64,000 bases of DNA from TPA_inf: Saccharomyces (Eukaryota): positions 448,001 through 512,000 of the forward strand of contig BK006939.2 of the NCBI GenBank assembly GCA_000146045.2, in the 5' to 3' direction. A program made the translations under genes and the position numbers. The notes below the pieces were generated by a model, which saw nothing but the letters and a program-made list of their open reading frames with translations, was not told the DNA's origin and searched no databases. This document shows, piece by piece, positions 51,347-64,000 of the stretch; position 1 is the stretch's first letter, and each line of letters opens with the position of its first letter.

Positions 51347-52348
51347 TTAGCGTATGCCCTTCTTACGGCGTCTCTTCTCCTCTTCATGCTTTTTTAACCA
51401 AGCTTCCTCACGTTTATCCTCTAACCTTGCCATTTTTCTTGCCATTTCCTCCTCTTCCAAGATTTCCATCTCATTTGCTTCCATATCATCATCCTCAAGC
51501 TCATCGTAATCGTATTCTGACCGCTTCTTGCCTCTATTGAACATAGCCCAAATTTCGTCACGATCATATCCGGGACCATTGCTGTGTTTCGATTTGCTGT
51601 GGTAACCTTCATCTTCATCGTCTTCTATAAAATCATCCATATCGTTATCTTCTTCATCATAGTCATCCTGGTATCTTGATTTCTGTTTTCTAGATTCTAA
51701 CTTTTCTTTTAATCTCCTATTAGGTTGAGCAAATCCATTTGTGGGCAAGTTGAGCTTGACGGGCTTGGGTGAGTCTGATGATTTTATGCTATTGCCTCCA
51801 GAAGATACTCCACGCAATGTTGCGCCAGGGGATGCTTTCTTTTGTGGTCTTTTTGAACTTTTGAAACCTGGCTTGTTAAAATGTGGGCGTTCCTTAGTTA
51901 CGGGTTCCGATGACTTAACTTTTGGGGGCTGTTTCTCATTATTTTCCGCTTGTTTCATTAGCTCTTCAAATGACATCTTTTTGATAGGTTCAGGTTTCTT
52001 CCTTACAACTGGCTTGAGTGGCGCATGACTTGCTCCAATAGACCTCTTAAACCTAATTCCAAGGCCACCTTCATCATCGTCATTCCTTTCTATTTTCTTT
52101 TTCTCAGATCCAGATGAGGTGCCACGTTTCCGTTTTACACCACTTTTTTTAGCCAAAGCACCATTCTTTAACAGTTCCTGCCGCCTCAGCTCCTTCAATC
52201 TTTTTACTGCAGGATCTTCGTCTCTTATGTAATTTTTGGGTAACAAGGAATACTCTTCGTCATTCTTCTTGGGTAATGGATCTTGCACTTGGGCTTTTGA
52301 TGCAGTCGTTGATTTTCGTATTTGGGAAAGTTTGGAAAGAAAACTCAT
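51347..52348 (-). CDS. SPT2: Chromatin protein Spt2 (HMG-like, acidic/basic), 333 aa.
   Basis: A 333-aa ORF starting MSFLSKLSQIRKSTTASKAQ. It is highly charged with basic and acidic stretches and a C-terminal coiled region. Confidence 0.85.
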   Translation of the reverse strand: MSFLSKLSQIRKSTTASKAQVQDPLPKKNDEEYSLLPKNYIRDEDPAVKRLKELRRQELLKNGALAKKSGVKRKRGTSSGSEKKKIERNDDDEGGLGIRFKRSIGASHAPLKPVVRKKPEPIKKMSFEELMKQAENNEKQPPKVKSSEPVTKERPHFNKPGFKSSKRPQKKASPGATLRGVSSGGNSIKSSDSPKPVKLNLPTNGFAQPNRRLKEKLESRKQKSRYQDDYDEEDNDMDDFIEDDEDEGYHSKSKHSNGPGYDRDEIWAMFNRGKKRSEYDYDELEDDDMEANEMEILEEEEMARKMARLEDKREEAWLKKHEEEKRRRKKGIR

Positions 52349-52629
52349 AACTAAAATATTTCACTTTGAATAGGACTCAAGTCCCTGTCCCTCTCATCAA
52401 CTTTTATTTTCAAATTACACTAGTTATTTTATTGTATTCATATATTAATCTGTGGCACTTGTCCATGTGGGAATATCTTAGTCGAACAAGAAAAATAATC
52501 ATGTTAAACGAAAAAGTTTGAAGCCAACTAAGTTCTCATTCATTACAAAGTATATACAAAATTCCTGAACATAGAATTTCTTTATTAAAAACATACTTTC
52601 CTAATTATTCAAACCGTTTCAGCCTCATT

Positions 52630-54894
52630 TCAGTCTGATTCCTCTGACATCTCTAGTTCTTTCATAAAATCCGAATAATCCTCCCCGACATCGTCGTCTG
52701 TAGCACTTTCCTCCGCTTTGTCAACAGAAACATAATCTAAACTATCTTCTGGCTCTGAAGGTTCACTATACGGCCTTGCTTCGTGGTTTGCTATACCTGG
52801 TAGGAACCCACCTCCCATAAAAGTCTCCGTATTATCGTGATTGTCCGCAATATTCTGTTCCTTCGTAACGTTAGGTTCTTCCTCGGCAATTTTACCATAT
52901 GTGGAGTTCAGCTTGCTACGAATACGCAGTTTTAGCAGTAAAGTATTCCAACTCTCCAAAGCACCAAGCAAATGTTCCTTCCTATTATCATCCTCTTGAA
53001 TAAACTCTATTCCATCAATAGCGGTTTCAATAGCTTCTCTGAGCCACTTTGCAACAACAATGCCACTTAAAACTGGCTTAACTGTACTGCCGCGTTCAAA
53101 CTTAAAAGAAGTTACAGCAGGTGCAAATTCCACCCCCAAAAACCTAGCAGCTTTAATTGCCACAGGATTCTCAACCAAACAACAGTTACCAGGTATCATC
53201 GTTGGTGCAAAAACTTCGATGTTTCCAAATGTATTCTTGGTTATTTCACCGCTCGCACTGGCTAATGGAGGGATGTATAATTCTGTGTCTTCAAAGCTAT
53301 ATAATCTTTCATCTTCTTCTTCTGCTTCGCCCTTAGGCCTTCCAACTGTCCTCTTTATCACCTTTTTACACCTGCTACCAGTTTTTAAAATTCGGCCGTT
53401 CATGTACCATTGTCTAGCACTTTTCAAATCCGCAATATCTCTTTTTGCATAAACTTTCAAAACCTTCCCAACTTTTCCATGTACTTTTAAATATCCACAC
53501 TCTTTACATCCTGGCTTTACAATTTGAGTCTGTTTGATATCTTGTTCTAAAACATAATATGGGTGGTTTTTCAAATCCTGCACCGAATCTGGTATGCCTT
53601 CACTTTCATCTCTCTGAAAAAAATATTGATCTTCGTAATCATCAATTTTGGTTCTCTTTCTATGGTGAAGTGCTGTTATCACTTTTCTGAACCATTTCTC
53701 ACCAAAGTCATCTTTAGTAATTCTTCTTTTTCTTACTTTAGAGTTCATCCATTGGGCATATCTTCGAGTTACATCTCTACAGCCATACTTCCGATCGTAA
53801 GCAATCACGTACCTCAACATATTTCTTTCGCAGCACGCCACGCCTTTCGGTGCCAACTTGGAATGAAGTCTGACCTGTTCAATGGTTTTGAGATTTACTG
53901 GGTCAACAGTTATCCATTTCTTAGAGAATTTGTCCCACACTTCACACCAAAAAATCGGATACTTGACCATATCTTTGTACGCATTGTTTCCATTCAAAGA
54001 AGTGTCAATCTTCATATTGGTAAAATCTGGCGGTTGACATGACATGATAAGTCGTGCGTTAACATTACAAGCCCTGAGCATCGCAACGAAACCTTGCACT
54101 GAAATATCAGGATCTCCGTGACCTTTACTGACGGCCCTTAAAAAGTCAGATCTTTTCAACGTCTTGAATTTTCTTTTGTTATTGGCGCTCATTTCAATTT
54201 CTTTCCAGGTTCTCATATAAAGTCCCACATTATCATATTTTTTAGTGATCTTCCAGTGTTTTTGCCATAACTCCATGCATTTCTTCAACCCATCTAATAA
54301 TTTCCTAGTACTCCTAAGTGGGAGTTCCTCATCTTTCTGAGGATGCAGTAGCTCAAACACTTTCTCAGGAACTAAGTTGCTCAGTTTTCTAGACAAGCGC
54401 TTGCTGTTAATCCATTCATTTCGTATAAATCCATGAACCATCAAGCAAACTAGATACAACATGTGGAAATATTTTCTCCTTTTCCGTTCTTCATTAGAAC
54501 AAACGTTGCGGCTTGTCCTTCTAGCATCACTATTCCTTTTACTAGAGGGCTTAATTTCAACAGATATATCTTCTACACCGGCCACCTCATTTCCATCTGT
54601 CACGTCTTCAAATTCCTCCGAATCATAATCTTCTTCAGATGACTGGATTTCCTCTACACTATCATCCGTCGGTACCGTAACGACGCCATCATCTGAAGAA
54701 TCTAAGTTTACAGTAACAACGCTTTCTCGTGGCAATTCATTCAACCCTGTTTTAAACTTCTTCTTGGCATCTGGTAGGGGCTGGTTCTTCCTTCTGACTC
54801 TTCTTCTTCTACTCAGGGGCGCTTTTTCTGCCTCTTTCTCGTTAAGAGCCTTCCTTATTAGTTCAAAATATTCCTTGGGCAGGTCTTCATTCAT
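52630..54894 (-). CDS. RAD4: Nucleotide-excision-repair damage-recognition protein Rad4 (XPC homologue), 754 aa.
   Basis: The 754-aa ORF has a transglutaminase-like fold and BHD regions. Its length and position between SPT2 and GCG1 fit. Confidence 0.85.
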   Translation of the reverse strand: MNEDLPKEYFELIRKALNEKEAEKAPLSRRRRVRRKNQPLPDAKKKFKTGLNELPRESVVTVNLDSSDDGVVTVPTDDSVEEIQSSEEDYDSEEFEDVTDGNEVAGVEDISVEIKPSSKRNSDARRTSRNVCSNEERKRRKYFHMLYLVCLMVHGFIRNEWINSKRLSRKLSNLVPEKVFELLHPQKDEELPLRSTRKLLDGLKKCMELWQKHWKITKKYDNVGLYMRTWKEIEMSANNKRKFKTLKRSDFLRAVSKGHGDPDISVQGFVAMLRACNVNARLIMSCQPPDFTNMKIDTSLNGNNAYKDMVKYPIFWCEVWDKFSKKWITVDPVNLKTIEQVRLHSKLAPKGVACCERNMLRYVIAYDRKYGCRDVTRRYAQWMNSKVRKRRITKDDFGEKWFRKVITALHHRKRTKIDDYEDQYFFQRDESEGIPDSVQDLKNHPYYVLEQDIKQTQIVKPGCKECGYLKVHGKVGKVLKVYAKRDIADLKSARQWYMNGRILKTGSRCKKVIKRTVGRPKGEAEEEDERLYSFEDTELYIPPLASASGEITKNTFGNIEVFAPTMIPGNCCLVENPVAIKAARFLGVEFAPAVTSFKFERGSTVKPVLSGIVVAKWLREAIETAIDGIEFIQEDDNRKEHLLGALESWNTLLLKLRIRSKLNSTYGKIAEEEPNVTKEQNIADNHDNTETFMGGGFLPGIANHEARPYSEPSEPEDSLDYVSVDKAEESATDDDVGEDYSDFMKELEMSEESD

Positions 54895-55083
54895 TTTAGC
54901 GGAAAAATAGTGTCGTTATGTCTCTGCTTGTCGTCCTGTTTGAACTGCATAAAATTTGCATATATTGTGCATGCATTAAAGGTACTTAACCGCATTTTTC
55001 CATTTTCCGCCGCACTATATAGATGGTAGAAAAGCAAGAGGAGAACCTTACATAGTTAATCAAGATATGTATACATATTTCAT

Positions 55084-55782
55084 TCACCTGTATTTATTTA
55101 CAGTCTCCAATAGAGCAGTCAGATAATGATCGGTAATACGCCCTCGCTCTTTCATGATGGGCATTTGCGCTAGCGCTTGCTCCAGTTTTGCAAGGTATTC
55201 ATAGTTAGATCCACTAGGTCCATGCGACACGGCAATTACTTTCGCAGTTTCATCCACGGTCTCTGGTCCGACGAAGGCCTCATTATCTATTGTACCAATG
55301 TACACCGAAGTAAGTAGTACCCGTTTACCCGATTTGTTGTGCCGAGGCAACTGTTCTAATGCTTCACCCAATTCTGCCTCGTGCTCCCGATTAGTTTCTA
55401 GATGCACCTCAACCTCATGTAGAGTGTACCCGTTTTGTTCTCTTACGTTCAAATACTCTCTAACCTCTTGAGCATGTTCTGGTGGTATATAATACACTAC
55501 CCCTATGGTGACTAAGTCGTCGGGATCCTGGATAGGTGCACTTTCACTATACAAATTCACATTCTTCAAGAAGGCAGTTTGCCTTATAATATCCTCATAC
55601 GGGATTAGTGTGGCCACTCTTCCTGGGTTTGCAGGTGTACCCCTATGATCAGTGGAACTTTGCCAGAACCGACGAGCAAAACCGTGAATTATTGCCGGTA
55701 TTCTATGCGTGTAATGAGACGGAGGCTTGTAAATCAGAGATCCGTAGCCTAGGACCCAGATACCACTGTTGTCATTAGTCAT
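55084..55782 (-). CDS. GCG1: Glutathione-specific gamma-glutamylcyclotransferase Gcg1 (ChaC family), 232 aa.
   Basis: The Met at 55782 (MTNDNSGIWVLGYGSLIYKPP) has the ChaC signature YGSL. The protein is 232 aa. Confidence 0.85.
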   Translation of the reverse strand: MTNDNSGIWVLGYGSLIYKPPSHYTHRIPAIIHGFARRFWQSSTDHRGTPANPGRVATLIPYEDIIRQTAFLKNVNLYSESAPIQDPDDLVTIGVVYYIPPEHAQEVREYLNVREQNGYTLHEVEVHLETNREHEAELGEALEQLPRHNKSGKRVLLTSVYIGTIDNEAFVGPETVDETAKVIAVSHGPSGSNYEYLAKLEQALAQMPIMKERGRITDHYLTALLETVNKYR

Positions 55783-57379
55783 TTGGCCATACAACTTTTT
55801 ATAAGCCCAAACCAACGTCGTGATTGCTTCTTCCAAGGTTAAATCACCTCGAGACTAAACTCATAGCTAATATTGACCTTACCTTTTAGCGTTACCCAGA
55901 ATACCAATTATCCCGCTCCTTGGCGAATCCAAAAAAAAAAAAAAGGAAAAATTACTGGAGTGGCAAATTTTCTCATTCTCTTCATATAAACCACTAGGGA
56001 GGACGTCGAAGAAAAGTCTGCTAGGTGTTGGTGACAACTTCCAAGCTTCCCTTAACACAAGGGAACTATTGATAACCGCTGGTTGACATACGCCTTTAAA
56101 AGAGGTCATACGTTGCGACACTCTCTCCCTCCCCTCTCACTGATGTTTTCTGTCTTCAATTTCTGGCAATAATCTTAAGACGAAGCAGTCAAGTCCTAAG
56201 GAAGAAAACGATTTTTGATTGTTTTAAGTTGCCACTACGTAGTGGTCAATATGGAAGCCTCTGCGCAATGGAGAAACACGGGTGGCATAGGTCAGCGAAC
56301 CATACAAGCGAGAACACTCTCATTACTTTATGGATCATCTCAGTATTTCACCGTTCGAGGAAAATCTTCTTTCGCAGGCCGAAGTCACCGTGATATATTT
56401 GATACTTTTGAGATATCCTTGAAAGGTAAGCTTCTATGTTGTACGTTTATTTTTTTTAACTTTCTTTGTTTTAGCTTTTACTTCGATGATATGTTACTGC
56501 CCCATATACGGTAAAAGATCATACGTTGCCAAAATCAAAAGACATGATTGCCTGTATGTTTTCCTCAGCCCATCAATGCGTAATACGGTCAGCTAAACGC
56601 TGCTCACAAGCCAAGGGCTTGCGTGTTGCTCGCGCATCGGTTGGATATCACTGGTAGGCCACTTCTTCAATATTTTGAAAATGAAACACGCTAAAGTTGA
56701 AAACTTAATTATCAACCGTCCAGAAGGTGTAGGCAATTTCATCTAAGAGAATAAATTTAACATCCCACGATCCTTATCACATCCCATCCCTACACTAGGA
56801 CATATGTTCCCAAACATTACAAAGTTCTTTCCTGATATCATTACTGATATAAGATTATGTCAATTATTGATACCATTAAAGACATGTAATATGCAACACT
56901 TGTCGAACAGATCATAGTTCAGTAGTCGATTATCATACTGTTACCCTCTCGTTATATAATTTTACTTTTTTTCCTTTCCTTCTTTTCAATTTCGAAACTG
57001 TACCACGAGAAACATTGTGTAGAAGAATCTTGTCCTCATTATATCTGGTTAGTACTATCGTATTCTTGTCCGGACATCTAAGTCAAGTTGATAAAAGTTT
57101 GGGGTTATCAAGTCAAGATAAGCAAGCTTGCAGAAGTCACCTTCTCTTTTCCGTTACTTCTTTTGTGAATATACACATACTTGTTTCTTCCAAAGGAGAA
57201 AATTGAATAAGCCTAAACATCGACCATCATTTTCTTTAATTCGTACTTGAGTTCCACTAGCTTACCTATTCACTAACGACAAAGTTTCTCAAAGGTTTTT
57301 ATTTTTCATTTGCTTCAAGACTTTTCCGTTATTTCTTTAAACCTATACCCAATTCAAAGCAGAACCTTTTCTAATTTAA

Positions 57380-61798
<4,419 letters not shown>

Positions 61799-62325
61799 AA
61801 CAATTTTTCTTCACCACATTTTCCATTGTTCCTTCCCCCCATAACTATAAACGTATTTATGTATATATATTTGCGTGTAAGTGTGTGTACTATAGGGCAC
61901 CGTAAAGTAATAATGCTTAATTAGTTACTACTATGACCATATAAGAGGTCATACTGTATGAAGCCACAAAGCAGATAGATCAATCATGTTTAACGAAAAC
62001 TGTTAATCGAAGATTATTTCTTTTTTTTTTTCTCTTTCCTTTTTACAAAGAAAATTTTTTTTGCGCTTTTTGCCATCACCATCGCAAGTTCTGGGACAAT
62101 TGTTCTCTTTCGCTCCAGTTCCAAGGAAAGAGGTTTCTGTTTTACTTAATAGAAAGTGTCATCTTGTATTTTATATCTCTTCTTTCTTGTGTAAAATTCT
62201 TTAGTTTTGATTTTGTATTTTTAGGACAGTGAGCTACGAAGTAACATTTTTACTTAATAACCGTTTGAAGCATAGAGCAGGCCCTGGTACCACCACCTAA
62301 TATCTGGCTTTTTATTCAATAAAAA

Positions 62326-64000
<1,675 letters not shown>

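Noticed and set aside
56420-57330. A possible intron in the CHD1 5' region (GGTAAGC ... CACTAAC ... AG).
   Set aside because: Neither the 5' splice site nor the branchpoint is canonical for yeast (GTATGT and TACTAAC). No ORF would be restored, and CHD1 reads as a continuous 1468-aa ORF.

Overview
This window reads as Saccharomyces cerevisiae nuclear DNA from the right arm of chromosome V, the YER138C (Ty1) to YER165W (PAB1) interval. I did not search a database. I identified it by translating the supplied ORFs and comparing them with yeast proteins I know from memory. Order, lengths and strands all agree with that interval.

I count 26 protein-coding genes, none with an obvious intron:
- RTR1, EMP65, COX15, MAG1, DDI1, UBP5, FTR1, LSM5, SCC4
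- SPT15 (TBP), PEA2, SPI1, UBP3, YER152C, PET122, OXA1, BEM2
- YER156C, COG3, YER158C, BUR6, SPT2, RAD4, GCG1, CHD1, and the 5' three-quarters of PAB1

Several ORF-track entries begin at spurious upstream Mets. I trimmed those to the internal Met that gives the known protein length.

RNA genes and mobile DNA:
- Three tRNA genes: Val-AAC (+), Glu-UUC (-) and Arg-ACG (-).
- Two Ty1 retrotransposons, both on the minus strand. One is cut by the window start. The other is full-length apart from a truncated 3' LTR.
- A Ty3 sigma LTR beside tRNA-Arg, split in two by the second Ty1, with a 5-bp GTTTT target-site duplication.
- Two near-identical Ty1/Ty2-type solo delta LTRs and at least two degenerate delta relics.

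Regulatory motifs visible in the sequence:
- an Aft1 CACCC site upstream of FTR1
- two GGTGGCGA URS/PACE-like motifs in the MAG1-DDI1 divergent promoter
- an STRE cluster in a GC-rich island upstream of SPI1
- the A-rich PAB1 5' leader
- the Ty1 +1 frameshift heptamer

I found no CRISPR array, operon or other prokaryotic-style system, and no convincing novel gene system. The most unusual structures are the Ty1-in-sigma insertion with its LTR truncation, a head-to-head LTR quasi-palindrome at 985-1630, a GC-rich B-box/STRE element at about 19990-20120, a coding hexanucleotide microsatellite in YER158C, and an unusually long 1.6-kb intergenic region upstream of CHD1.
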